Origin: Ruminiclostridium sp.
GTDB lineage: Bacteria; Bacillota; Clostridia; Oscillospirales; Ruminococcaceae
Length of the DNA: 64,000 nucleotides
Assembly: GCA_017635675.1 (NCBI GenBank)
Contig: JAGBLA010000203.1
Coordinates: forward strand, 20,842-84,841
Direction of reading: 5' to 3'
Under the pieces are notes generated by a model. That model worked only from the letters and a program-made list of their open reading frames with translations, was not told the origin of the DNA and did not search any database. How positions within the stretch are numbered: the stretch's first letter is position 1; each line of letters begins with the position of its first letter. This document shows positions 16,420 through 26,216 of the stretch, piece by piece. The translations under genes were made by a program, and so were the position numbers.

Positions 16420-17580
16420 ATGAAGAAACTCCTTAGCTATATATCGGATTACTGGCGCGGTCTTGACAAGGCACTGCTCACTATGTGCCTGCTTCTGAGC
16501 GGGTTCAGCGTATTTCTGCTCTACACCCTCGACAAGAACGGGATAAGCGGTCAGGTAAGCTCGCGCCAGTGGAAAATAAACCTCGCCGCCGCTCTTATCG
16601 GCGCGGCAGTCGCACTTATCATCGCGGCAATAGACTACAAGTTCATATCAAAGCTGTGGTGGCTGTACGCGCCTTTGTCGCTCATACTGGTGCTGCTGCT
16701 GTTCACGTCGCTCGGACGGGGAGTTTACGGCGCCGACGACATCGGCTGGCTCAACCTCGGTTTTATACAGTTCCAGCCCTCGGAGCTTCTCAAAATAGCG
16801 TTCATTATGACCTTTGCCACGCACCTGAGCAAGGTGGGTCCAAGGCTCAACGAACCGCTGAATATGCTGCTGCTGCTCCTTCACGCGGGAGTTCCCGTGC
16901 TTATCATCATGAAGCAGGGCGACGACGGCTCGGCGCTGGTGTTCATCTCCATATTCGTCGCGATGCTGTTCGCCGCTGGCATTTCATGGAAGTACATCGC
17001 CGCCGCGATAGTCGCGGTGCCTGCGGTGGTTTACTTCGCCTGGACGCGGCTTATGCAGCCCTATCAGATAAAGCGCATACAGATACTCTGGGACACCGAG
17101 CTTCAGCAGGAGGAAATGCTCGGCATATATATGCAGCAGTACCTCGGTAAGAAGGCGCTCGGCTCCGGGCGGATAACCGGGCTCGGCGTATTCGGCAGCG
17201 ACAAGTACACCTATGTCCCCGAGATAGATACGGACTTCATATTCTCCTACATCGGCATGACACTCGGATTTGTAGGCTGCATACTCACGGCGCTGATGCT
17301 GGGAGTTATATGCCTTAAAATACTGTCTGTGGCGTTTTCATCGAAAGATACCCTCGGACGGCTGATATGCGTGGGAGTTTTCGCGGTGTTCTTCTCACAC
17401 TCGGTCATCAACATCGGCATGGATCTCGGGGTAATGCCTGTCATCGGAATACCGCTGCCGCTCATAAGCGCGGGCGGAACATCGGTGATAGCGCTTTACG
17501 CCGCAATAGGGCTGGTGATGAGCGTTTACTTCCACCGACACAAGGAAGAGCATATGTTCTACACCGAAAAATATGATTGA
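16420..17580 (+). CDS. SEDS-family peptidoglycan glycosyltransferase (RodA/FtsW/SpoVE)
   Basis: FQPSELLK, QGDDGSA, PEIDTDFIF, GIPLPLISAGGTS; multiple TM helices; start MKKLL placed downstream of the promoter. Confidence 0.9.
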   Translation: MKKLLSYISDYWRGLDKALLTMCLLLSGFSVFLLYTLDKNGISGQVSSRQWKINLAAALIGAAVALIIAAIDYKFISKLWWLYAPLSLILVLLLFTSLGRGVYGADDIGWLNLGFIQFQPSELLKIAFIMTFATHLSKVGPRLNEPLNMLLLLLHAGVPVLIIMKQGDDGSALVFISIFVAMLFAAGISWKYIAAAIVAVPAVVYFAWTRLMQPYQIKRIQILWDTELQQEEMLGIYMQQYLGKKALGSGRITGLGVFGSDKYTYVPEIDTDFIFSYIGMTLGFVGCILTALMLGVICLKILSVAFSSKDTLGRLICVGVFAVFFSHSVINIGMDLGVMPVIGIPLPLISAGGTSVIALYAAIGLVMSVYFHRHKEEHMFYTEKYD

Positions 17581-17599
17581 TGCGGAAAGGAAAACAAAT

Positions 17600-18871
17600 A
17601 TGGCAGCAAAACCGATAATCGCAGGCATTGACCGGCTTTACAGAGACGACACTCTCGCATATCAGAGAGGACGCTATCAGAAACTCATAGCGTCGTACAA
17701 GGAATACTTTCAGACCGACGGAGAGAACATAAGGCTGTTCTCCTCCCCCGGACGCGCGGAGATAGGCGGCAACCATACAGACCACAACAACGGCAAGGTG
17801 CTTGCCGCTTGCATAGACCTTGACATAATCGCGGCGGTGGAGCCTCTCGACGAGCCGATAGCTGTCATCAAGTCCGAAGGACACAGGGAAGCGCGCATAA
17901 ACATAGATGAGCTTGATGTCCGCGAGGAAGAGCACCTCAAGGCTCCCGCTATCATGCGCGGCATTGCTGCGGGATTTAAAAACCGCGGACTGAGGACAGG
18001 CGGGTTCCGCGCCTATACCCTGTCGAATGTGGGCAAGGGCTCGGGAATGTCCTCCTCCGCGGCGTTTGAAGTCACTGTGGCTGTCATTTTGAGCTATCTG
18101 TACAACGGCGGCACAGTCGATCCCATAAAGCTCGCGCAGATATGCCGATACGCCGAAAACAACTACTTCGGCAAGCACGGCGGTCTTATGGATCAGCTCG
18201 CGGCTGCGGTGGGCGGCTTTGTAGCACTGGATTTCAAGGACATGGAAAGCCCCATAATCGAACATATCAACGTGGACTTCGAGAGCTTCGGACACACCCT
18301 CTGCATAATCGACACCAACGGCGGCAGCGGCGACCGCAATGCCGAATATCAGACCATACTAAACGAGATGCACATGATAGCCGAATACTTCTCGGTGCAA
18401 AACCTGCGTCAGCTCGTCAAGCAGGACATCATTCTCAACATGAACCTGCTGCGGGAAAAATTCGGTGACAGAGCCGTGCTGCGCGCCATACACTTCTTCG
18501 AGGAGAACAAACGCGTGGATAAACTCGTGAACGCCCTCAAGCGCAATGACTTTCAGGCGTTCCTCGATTCTGTGAATGAAAGCGGCAACTCGTCCTACAA
18601 ATACCTGCAAAACGTGTATTCCTGCAGCGACGTTGAGCACCAGGGGTTAAGCATCGGGCTCAACATCGCCGAATACGCGCTGGAACGCAAGGGAGCCTCC
18701 CGCGTGCACGGCGGCGGTTTCTCCGGCGGTATTGAGGCGTTCGTACCGATAGAGATGATAAAGCTGTTCAAAATGGAGCTTGAAAAGGTGTTCGGAAACG
18801 GCTCCTGCCACGTGCTCAAGATCCGCCCCATAGGCGGCTGCGAGGTGGATAAGGCATCAATCGCGGAGTAG
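17600..18871 (+). CDS. Galactokinase-like GHMP kinase
   Basis: SPGRAEIGGNHTDH, GSGMSSSAA, GLMDQ, RVHGGGF; GAAAGGA RBS before MAAKP. Confidence 0.82.
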   Translation: MAAKPIIAGIDRLYRDDTLAYQRGRYQKLIASYKEYFQTDGENIRLFSSPGRAEIGGNHTDHNNGKVLAACIDLDIIAAVEPLDEPIAVIKSEGHREARINIDELDVREEEHLKAPAIMRGIAAGFKNRGLRTGGFRAYTLSNVGKGSGMSSSAAFEVTVAVILSYLYNGGTVDPIKLAQICRYAENNYFGKHGGLMDQLAAAVGGFVALDFKDMESPIIEHINVDFESFGHTLCIIDTNGGSGDRNAEYQTILNEMHMIAEYFSVQNLRQLVKQDIILNMNLLREKFGDRAVLRAIHFFEENKRVDKLVNALKRNDFQAFLDSVNESGNSSYKYLQNVYSCSDVEHQGLSIGLNIAEYALERKGASRVHGGGFSGGIEAFVPIEMIKLFKMELEKVFGNGSCHVLKIRPIGGCEVDKASIAE

Positions 18872-20101
18872 TTTCTCCGCACGTGATACAAGCGTGATGT
18901 CCACCAGAGCGTCAACGGCTATGCCGTCCTCGGTGTACTCCTCGCTCAGCACCTTTCCGAGAGCGCGTATCTCGGCAATGAAACCCGCGTCGGAATACGG
19001 GACAAGCAGTTTCATGCGTTTCGCGCTCTCAGGAAGGTTCTTCGCGACAAGCTCCAGCAGACGTTCAATACCCTGCCCCGACTTCGCGGAGATGCATACG
19101 GTTGTGTCGTCCTCGGGGATATTATAGTCCACCGTATCGCATTTGTTCAGCACGTGTATCACAGGTATCTCCCCGCAGCCATGCTCCGCGAGGAGCTTTT
19201 CGGTGGTAAGCGTCTTTTCCCTCGCCTCGGGGTCGGAAATGTCAGATACGTGCAGTATGATGTCCGCGTTTGCGGCTTCTTCAAGGGTCGAGCGGAAAGC
19301 CTCCACAAGATGATGCGGAAGGCGGCGTATAAGTCCTACCGTGTCTATCAGCGTAACGCTCCGCCCGTCGGGCAGCTCTATCGCCCGCGAGGTAAGGTCG
19401 AGAGTGGCGAACAGCTTGTCCTCGGCAAGCACTCCCGCGTCCGTAAGACGATTGAGCAGCGTGGATTTGCCCGCGTTCGTATAGCCCACTATCGCCGCGG
19501 TGAGCACGTTGTCTTTCCTGCGGCGGCTCCGCGAAAAGCTGCGGCGGGCTTCAAGCTCCTTAAGGTCGGCTTCGAGCTTCTCAATGCGGTGGCGGATATG
19601 ACGGCGGTCGGTCTCAAGCTGCTTCTCGCCGGGACCTCGGGTGCCTATGCCGCCGCCGAGCCTTGACAGCGAGCGTCCGATACCCATAAGACGCGGCAGA
19701 CGATACCGAAGCTGCGCAAGCTCTACCTGCAGCTTGCCCTCGTTGGAGACCGCTCTTGCGGCAAATATGTCAAGTATGAGCATGGTGCGGTCTATGACCC
19801 GCACGTTCACTATGTCCTCGATATTGCGTATCTCGCTGGCGGTAAGCTCGGTGTCGAATATCACGAGACCTGCTCCAAGGCTTTCCGCGAGCTCGGCAAG
19901 CTCCTGTATCTTGCCCTCACCGAGCACGGTGGCGGCATCGGCGGACGGGCGTTTCTGTATCACCCGCGCTGCCACCTCGGCCTCGGCAGTCCTCGCGAGC
20001 TCCTCAAGCTCGTCCATGGAGCTTTCCGCGTCATACTCCCCCGTGTCCAGTGCCGCGAGTATCGCCCTGACGGGCTCCTTTATATTTTCATTATCGGTCA
20101 T
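18857..20101 (-). CDS. hflX: Ribosome-splitting GTPase HflX
   Basis: GTRGPGEKQLETDRR, GYTNAGKST, DTVG, NKCD, SAK; start MTDNE after GAAAGGA. Confidence 0.95.
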   Translation of the reverse strand: MTDNENIKEPVRAILAALDTGEYDAESSMDELEELARTAEAEVAARVIQKRPSADAATVLGEGKIQELAELAESLGAGLVIFDTELTASEIRNIEDIVNVRVIDRTMLILDIFAARAVSNEGKLQVELAQLRYRLPRLMGIGRSLSRLGGGIGTRGPGEKQLETDRRHIRHRIEKLEADLKELEARRSFSRSRRRKDNVLTAAIVGYTNAGKSTLLNRLTDAGVLAEDKLFATLDLTSRAIELPDGRSVTLIDTVGLIRRLPHHLVEAFRSTLEEAANADIILHVSDISDPEAREKTLTTEKLLAEHGCGEIPVIHVLNKCDTVDYNIPEDDTTVCISAKSGQGIERLLELVAKNLPESAKRMKLLVPYSDAGFIAEIRALGKVLSEEYTEDGIAVDALVDITLVSRAEKLLRD

Positions 20102-20181
20102 AGTACATTCCTTTCGATAACAGGCGGGAAACCGCATAATATACTATTATACACAAATTTCGGATAAATCGCAATACTGAT

Positions 20182-20934
20182 ATGCAAAAAATTCTCGGAT
20201 ATTTAAGAAAAGCCTGCGAACGCTATGATATGATAGCCGACGGCGACATGATAGCCGTGGGAGTTTCCGGCGGCAAGGACAGTCTCGTGCTGCTGAAAGC
20301 GCTCGCGGAATACCGGCGGTTCGCGCCCGTGAGCTATGGGCTGCAAGCCGTCACAGTGGATATGCGTCTCGGCGGCAGGGACACCGACCTTTCGTATATC
20401 ACACAGCTTTGCGCAGCGCTTGGCGTGGAGCATACCGTTCTGCCCACGGACATCGGGCAGGTGGTTTTCGATGTGCGGAAGGAGCCTAACCCATGCTCGC
20501 TGTGCGCGCGCATGAGACGCGGCGCTCTGCTCGGAGAGACAGAGCGGCTTGGCTGCAATAAGCTGGCGCTGGGGCATAACAATGATGACGCGGTGGAGAC
20601 TTTCTTCATGAACCTTTTCAACGAGGGGCGCATAGGCTGCTTTTCGCCTGTCACAAGATACCCGGACAGAGGGCTCGCGCTGATACGGCCGCTTGTGCTT
20701 GCACCTGAAAAGGCGGTGATATCCTGCGCGCGGAGAAACGGGATAACACCCGTGAAGTCGGGCTGTCCGGAGGACAAGCATACTGCCCGTGAGGAGATCA
20801 AAGCATGGCTCACGGAGCGTGAGAAGTCTGACCGCGGGTTTACCGTGCGCATCTCCGGCGCGCTTGAGCGCGGAGAGATAGACGGCTGGCGCTGCGGCAG
20901 CGGCAAACAGGGGAACTCCCCGAAAATGAATTGA
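20182..20934 (+). CDS. ttcA: tRNA 2-thiocytidine biosynthesis TtcA-family protein
   Basis: SGGKDS PP-loop, PCSLCARMRRG, LGHNNDD, IRPL. Confidence 0.82.
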   Translation: MQKILGYLRKACERYDMIADGDMIAVGVSGGKDSLVLLKALAEYRRFAPVSYGLQAVTVDMRLGGRDTDLSYITQLCAALGVEHTVLPTDIGQVVFDVRKEPNPCSLCARMRRGALLGETERLGCNKLALGHNNDDAVETFFMNLFNEGRIGCFSPVTRYPDRGLALIRPLVLAPEKAVISCARRNGITPVKSGCPEDKHTAREEIKAWLTEREKSDRGFTVRISGALERGEIDGWRCGSGKQGNSPKMN

Positions 20935-20949
20935 TGCGGAGGACTTGTT

Positions 20950-22617
20950 TTGGGCAAGATCAAAAAAGCAATAGACCTCGACGACCTGCTGTCGGACGAT
21001 TACGAAGAGGACGAGGAACAGTACGGATACATCGAGGACAACATATATGCAGACCACGGCGAGGACGATGACCTCGGATTTCCTGATCTCGACGACATTC
21101 CCGACGTGATGAAGGAGATAACGGGAAACAGTGAGCCTCTGATCGAGGACATACCCGAGCTCCCGAAGGATATCGGCGCCGCGGCTGCGGACGTTAAACC
21201 GAAGACACAGGAAACTCTGGCAAAGGATGCCGCAGCCGCAAAGACTACATCGGACGCGCCCGTTGAGCCTATGCCCGAGCACGAATTCTCAAAGGAACCG
21301 CCAAAGGGCGACAACTCTGTCACTCTTGAGGTGCCGCTTCCCGTCATGGAGATAATCGACATTCTGCGCGAGCACACCTACACCGCCTATCTTGTGGGAG
21401 AATGTGTGAACCTGCTGTACCTCGGGGAACGGGTCATGGATTTCGACATCGCCTGCAATGCGTCTCTTGACCGAATAATCGCGATCTTCGACGAGCGCTT
21501 CAAGACCCGCGAGGATCTGCTGTCCCGCGGCGAGCTTATAATCATAAACGGCGCTATGGGCATATCGGTGGCTCCGTATCGCTCACGCATCGACGGCAGC
21601 GGCAAGCCGATATACTGCAAGACCATAGACGAAGATCTGCACAGGCGCACATTCACCTCGGAAACCGTAGCATACAATCCCTACGCGGGGATCTACGACC
21701 CGTTCAAGGGGCTTTCCTGCATTACCGAGGAAAAGACTACTCTGAAAGCTATCGACGAGGAAGTTTACGAAAAGCTGGAGTTCGACCGTGCAAAGCTGAA
21801 GCGAAAGGCACAGGAAAACGCTCCGAAGATAGTGATACCCGCACTCAGGGACAACCCCGAGACCATACTGATAGCCATGCTCAAATGCGCGAGGGGCGAA
21901 GCGGAAATGAGCCGCTACACGCTGCGTAACATCAACGCCAATGCCGAGCTTACTGACATGATGCTGCCGTCGGAGATAGCCAGATACTTCCGCCGCATTA
22001 TCCTCGGCAGGAATATCGCACAGACGCTCATGGATTTCAAAGAGGTGGTGTTCTCCATATTCCCCGTGCTCAGAGTTCAGGACGGGTTCGACCAGAAAAG
22101 CGAATACCAGGAATACACGCTTTACGAGCATACTGCAAAAGCTGTCGGGTACGCGTTCCCGGACTATGCGGTGCGGCTGGCGCTGCTGCTGCACGCTATC
22201 GGAAAGTATGACTGCGCCGCCGACAGGGGCGACCACATGACCTTCTACGGACACTCGGAGCGCGGAGTAATGCTGGTGCGGGACGTTTTCGAGAAGGATT
22301 ACGAGGTAGATGACGCTGTGGCGGAACGTGTGATGTTCATGATAATGCACCACGACGACCATGTGAGCCCCGAGAACGTGGTGCAGTACACCGAATTCTG
22401 CGGAATGGAGTTCACACGGCTGCTGCTGCTGCTCCAGTCCGCGAATATCCGCGCGAAAAGCTCCGACCCCGTAAATGACCGCGTTTCATCAACGCTCCGC
22501 CAGCTTGCGGACAATGTTACCACCCTCGGCAGCACGCCGCGTCCCCAGACAAGACGGACTGCCACTATCGACGGACTCAAGAAGTTCACCGACCTTCTGG
22601 GCAGGAACGGCGTTTAG
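20950..22617 (+). CDS. Divergent class II tRNA nucleotidyltransferase/poly(A) polymerase-like protein with acidic N-terminal extension
   Basis: AYLVGECV...DFDIA, DLHRRTFT, YDPFKG, LLHAIGK, FYGHSERG follow the CCA-enzyme/HD layout, but key residues are altered. Confidence 0.75.
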   Translation: MGKIKKAIDLDDLLSDDYEEDEEQYGYIEDNIYADHGEDDDLGFPDLDDIPDVMKEITGNSEPLIEDIPELPKDIGAAAADVKPKTQETLAKDAAAAKTTSDAPVEPMPEHEFSKEPPKGDNSVTLEVPLPVMEIIDILREHTYTAYLVGECVNLLYLGERVMDFDIACNASLDRIIAIFDERFKTREDLLSRGELIIINGAMGISVAPYRSRIDGSGKPIYCKTIDEDLHRRTFTSETVAYNPYAGIYDPFKGLSCITEEKTTLKAIDEEVYEKLEFDRAKLKRKAQENAPKIVIPALRDNPETILIAMLKCARGEAEMSRYTLRNINANAELTDMMLPSEIARYFRRIILGRNIAQTLMDFKEVVFSIFPVLRVQDGFDQKSEYQEYTLYEHTAKAVGYAFPDYAVRLALLLHAIGKYDCAADRGDHMTFYGHSERGVMLVRDVFEKDYEVDDAVAERVMFMIMHHDDHVSPENVVQYTEFCGMEFTRLLLLLQSANIRAKSSDPVNDRVSSTLRQLADNVTTLGSTPRPQTRRTATIDGLKKFTDLLGRNGV

Positions 22618-22645
22618 CCTCCGCGCGAAAATTGTGAAATATCTA

Positions 22646-22674
22646 TTGCAATTTCATGTGGAATGTGGTAAAAT
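22646..22674 (+). promoter_or_regulatory. sigmaA promoter of fba
   Basis: TTGCAA-17 nt-TAAAAT with TG extension. Confidence 0.6.
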
Positions 22675-22714
22675 ATAACTATAAAATATTTCACCGAAAG
22701 GAAGTAACCACAAT

Positions 22715-23578
22715 ATGTTAGTTTCTGCAAAGGATATGCTGAACAAGGCCCGCGACGGCAAGTACGCGGTAGGTCAGTTCAACATCAACAACCTCGAATG
22801 GACAAAGGCTATACTCCTCACAGCGCAGGAGTGCAACTCTCCTGTTATCCTCGGCGTTTCCGAGGGCGCAGGCAAGTATATGTGCGGCTACAATACCGTA
22901 GTCGGCATGACAAAGGGCATGATCGAGACTCTCAAGATCACCGTTCCGGTGGCTCTTCACCTCGACCACGGTACATTTGAAGGCGCTAAGGCGTGCATCA
23001 ACGCAGGTTTCTCCTCCATAATGTTCGACGGCTCCCACCTGCCTTTCGAGGAAAACCTTGCCAAGACAACAGCTCTTGTAAACACCTGCGACGTTCTCGG
23101 ACTTTCCCTTGAAGCGGAAGTCGGCGCTATCGGCGGCGAAGAGGACGGCGTTATCGGACAGGGCGAGTGCGCAGATCCCGACGAGTGCAAGAAGATCGCA
23201 GATCTCGGCGTTACAATGCTCGCCGCAGGTATCGGCAATATCCACGGCAAGTACCCCGCTAACTGGCCAGGACTCAGCTTCGAGACCCTTGAGAAGGTCA
23301 AGGCTAAGGTCGGCGATATGCCTCTCGTGCTCCACGGCGGTACAGGTATCCCGGACGACCAGATCAAGAAAGCTATCTCCCTGGGCGTTGCCAAGATAAA
23401 TGTAAACACCGAGTGCCAGTTCTCATTCCAGGAAGCTACAAGAAAGTACATCGAAGAGGGCAAGGATCTCCAGGGCAAGGGCTTCGATCCCAGAAAGCTT
23501 CTCGCTCCCGGCTTTGAGGCTATCAAGGCAAAGGTCAAGGAGAAAATGGAGCTCTTCGGCTCCGTAAACAAGGCATAA
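22715..23578 (+). CDS. fba: Class II fructose-1,6-bisphosphate aldolase
   Basis: FNINNLE, HLDHG, GNIHG, LHGGTG, KINVNTE. Confidence 0.96.
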   Translation: MLVSAKDMLNKARDGKYAVGQFNINNLEWTKAILLTAQECNSPVILGVSEGAGKYMCGYNTVVGMTKGMIETLKITVPVALHLDHGTFEGAKACINAGFSSIMFDGSHLPFEENLAKTTALVNTCDVLGLSLEAEVGAIGGEEDGVIGQGECADPDECKKIADLGVTMLAAGIGNIHGKYPANWPGLSFETLEKVKAKVGDMPLVLHGGTGIPDDQIKKAISLGVAKINVNTECQFSFQEATRKYIEEGKDLQGKGFDPRKLLAPGFEAIKAKVKEKMELFGSVNKA

Positions 23579-23609
23579 AATTTTACCCGATAATCTTAAC
23601 ACATTTCAG

Positions 23610-23641
23610 AAAAACAGCAGAACCGCGGTTCTGCTGTTTTT
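23610..23641. terminator. Bidirectional intrinsic terminator
   Basis: AAAAACAGCAGAACC-gc-GGTTCTGCTGTTTTT between convergent genes. Confidence 0.8.
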
Positions 23642-23738
23642 GTATAAGAAAAACCGGGACGCCCGCTTTGAACAGTTACCCCGGTTATTTATCGCATTCC
23701 GTTATACAGTTTTTCTTAGTACCTCGGATCCGTTATCC

Positions 23739-24692
23739 TCACTCGTCAGGCGGCTCATCTTTTTTTCTGCCGTTTTTTACAGATCTTATAACGTATTGCG
23801 GAGCCTTGTTGATACAGATATACATTCTTCCTATGTACTCACCGACCATTCCGAGCATGATGAGCACCACGCCGAACATAAACAGCATTACCGCCATTAT
23901 AGAGCTGTAACCGACAGCGATATCCGGGTCAAGCAGCTTTCTGATGATTATTACGATACCGAAGACAAAACCCGCTGTCGCGCTTAGTACCCCGAAGAAA
24001 GATGACAGTCTGAGCGGCTTTTCGGAAAAGGAAGTCGCCCCGTTCATCCACAGACCTATGAGCTTGAACAGGCTGTACCCCGACTTTCCCACCTCGCGTT
24101 CACGGTGGTTTATATCCACGTTCGCAATGTTTCTCGTTGCCCGCAGCTCAATGCTCTGCACACTCGGATATGGATTCCTGTATTTTATCGTTTCATCTAC
24201 TATGAACCTTCTGACTGCATAATAGCTGTTGAGGTCGATGCCTTTTGGCTTTCCGCCAAGCATCTCTCCCATTTTTGAGGCAGTCCATGAGCCGAACAGC
24301 CTGAACTTTGATTCCTTTTTCTTCGGATAGCGTGCGGAGACCATATCATAACCCTCTTCAAGCTTGTCTATCAGCTTGAACATCTCCTCGGGCGGCGTCT
24401 GACCGTCATCATCGAGACAAACGATAATATCTCCCGAAACATGATTAAGTCCCGCCATTATAGCTGAGTGCTGTCCGAAATTACGGGCAAGGTCTATGAC
24501 CATAACTTTTGAATTACCGTCAGCGATCCCGTTCAGCACACCGAGCGTCCCGTCCGGCGACGCGTCGTTGACGCAGATTATCTCGTAATCGTATCTTCCG
24601 TCATCGGTAACAGTCTGTATGATCTTTTCGATGACTGTGCCTATCGTTTTCTCCGAGCGGTAGCAAGGTATTACAAATGACAATAAATCCAT
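23739..24692 (-). CDS. GT2 polyprenol-phosphate glycosyltransferase (GtrB/ArnC-like)
   Basis: VIPCY, VNDASPD, RNFGQHSA, LDDDGQTPPE, two C-terminal TM helices, GEYIGR. Confidence 0.88.
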   Translation of the reverse strand: MDLLSFVIPCYRSEKTIGTVIEKIIQTVTDDGRYDYEIICVNDASPDGTLGVLNGIADGNSKVMVIDLARNFGQHSAIMAGLNHVSGDIIVCLDDDGQTPPEEMFKLIDKLEEGYDMVSARYPKKKESKFRLFGSWTASKMGEMLGGKPKGIDLNSYYAVRRFIVDETIKYRNPYPSVQSIELRATRNIANVDINHREREVGKSGYSLFKLIGLWMNGATSFSEKPLRLSSFFGVLSATAGFVFGIVIIIRKLLDPDIAVGYSSIMAVMLFMFGVVLIMLGMVGEYIGRMYICINKAPQYVIRSVKNGRKKDEPPDE

Positions 24693-24756
24693 CGGATCCT
24701 CCGAATGAAGTTCCGATCCCCGCTGCCGATAATGGCGGGAACCGATAAAATAAATA

Positions 24757-25632
24757 TCATTCCTTCACCACAGCGATCTTGATATCACCGAAGGAAAAGC
24801 TTAGCGTTACGGCGATGCCGTTATCCGGAATGTTCATCATAAGCTGTTCCTGTGATGTCTGCGGTGAAAGCTGAAGCTCGACGCTGTGTTTGTTTGAGGT
24901 ATTCACCGCAAACAGCCCGTTCTGGAGATTAAGCAGCTCGCCTACGCACGCCTTGGTGTAATCATCGATCTCGGTAAGGTTCTCGCCCGCGTATCTCGCG
25001 GCGATCCCGATAAATCCGAGCTCGGTGCCGCCGAGCACTACGTGCGCGTTTATGGGACCGGATATATCCTGTGAACTTGCATAGTTCATTGATATCGTGG
25101 TACCGCGTGACACTCCCGCAAACGAGAAATCGTCACCGAGGAAACGGATAAGATTGCGTATGAAAAGCAGCATATACTCGGCGTAGAACTCGCTGTCGGG
25201 CATACTGTCGATACCGAGGATCTGCACCATCTCGTTCTGCATACGCTCTTCCTCGCTCTCGCCGTTGATCAGCGAGGCTCTGCGCTTATAATCGTTCATT
25301 GCGTCTTCAAACTGTTGGTTCGTTATGAAACCGAAGTCGATGAGCGCCTGACCGAGCACGAGATTTGCGTTTTTCTGCTTGGAAAGCAGCTCCCGCACCT
25401 GCGAATCGGTAAGGTATCCCTTTTCCACCGCAAGGTCACCGAAACGCTTGTCCATGGTATGCTGGAGCTCGTGTATCTCGTCCACCTGTGCGGCAGTCAT
25501 ATAGCCCGCGTCGATAGCGCAGGCACCGAGCTTCGCCTTTATGCGTGACATCGCCGTGAGAGCCGCGTGCAGCTCGTCCGCGTCGATAATGCCGTTATTC
25601 AGCATGAAATGTCCGAAAAGCTGTGTGTACAT
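24757..25632 (-). CDS. CheX/CheC-like protein with N-terminal MshEN-like repeats
   Basis: Four (R/K/x)(L/F)Gxxxxxx G(Y/F/I)(L/I/M) repeats; C-terminal GELLNLQNG matches the CheC/CheX ExxN motif. Confidence 0.7.
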   Translation of the reverse strand: MYTQLFGHFMLNNGIIDADELHAALTAMSRIKAKLGACAIDAGYMTAAQVDEIHELQHTMDKRFGDLAVEKGYLTDSQVRELLSKQKNANLVLGQALIDFGFITNQQFEDAMNDYKRRASLINGESEEERMQNEMVQILGIDSMPDSEFYAEYMLLFIRNLIRFLGDDFSFAGVSRGTTISMNYASSQDISGPINAHVVLGGTELGFIGIAARYAGENLTEIDDYTKACVGELLNLQNGLFAVNTSNKHSVELQLSPQTSQEQLMMNIPDNGIAVTLSFSFGDIKIAVVKE

Positions 25633-25642
25633 AGCCTCCCCC

Positions 25643-26017
25643 TTATTCCTTGAGCATTCGGTTGATGATCTTCAGCACATCATCTTCCTTGACGGGTTTC
25701 TGAAGAAACTCGAAAGCTCCCTCCTTGATCGCCGCGATAAGGTTGCTCTGTGTGCCGACCGTTGAAGCCATGACCACCTTAGCCTCGCTGTCCATGGCGC
25801 GTATTTCGCGAAGTGCGTCTATACCGGTCTTTTTGGGCATTACTATATCCATGAATACAAGGTCAGGGCTCTTTTCCTTATATATCTCTACCGCCTGTTC
25901 ACCGTCCTCGGCATTGATCATGTTTGTTATGCCGACCCTCGCGAGTATCTCCGATATTTTCTTTCTGACCAGCGGTGAATCATCACAGATCATCACGGTA
26001 ATATCCGATATTTTCAT
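25643..26017 (-). CDS. Single-domain CheY-like response regulator
   Basis: ICDDS, FMDIVMP, KPV; 124 aa. Confidence 0.9.
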   Translation of the reverse strand: MKISDITVMICDDSPLVRKKISEILARVGITNMINAEDGEQAVEIYKEKSPDLVFMDIVMPKKTGIDALREIRAMDSEAKVVMASTVGTQSNLIAAIKEGAFEFLQKPVKEDDVLKIINRMLKE

Positions 26018-26216
26018 GTTTGCGCTCCTTTGAATATCTGCAATATAACCAAACTATACAACGATATTATACTATATTTTTCCGAAAATTACAATATGCC
26101 GAACGAATTTTGTTATATTTTTTAATAAATACAGCAAAATAAACAAATTTTTTCTTTTCTGTTTGGACACAAAAAACCGGGGCGCTGTACACCCCGGAGC
26201 TTTGTGTTATCAGAAA

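Noticed and set aside
22632-22651. Rex-like operator upstream of fba (TTGTGAAATA...)
   Set aside because: Only one half-site matches TTGTGAAnnnnTTCACAA.
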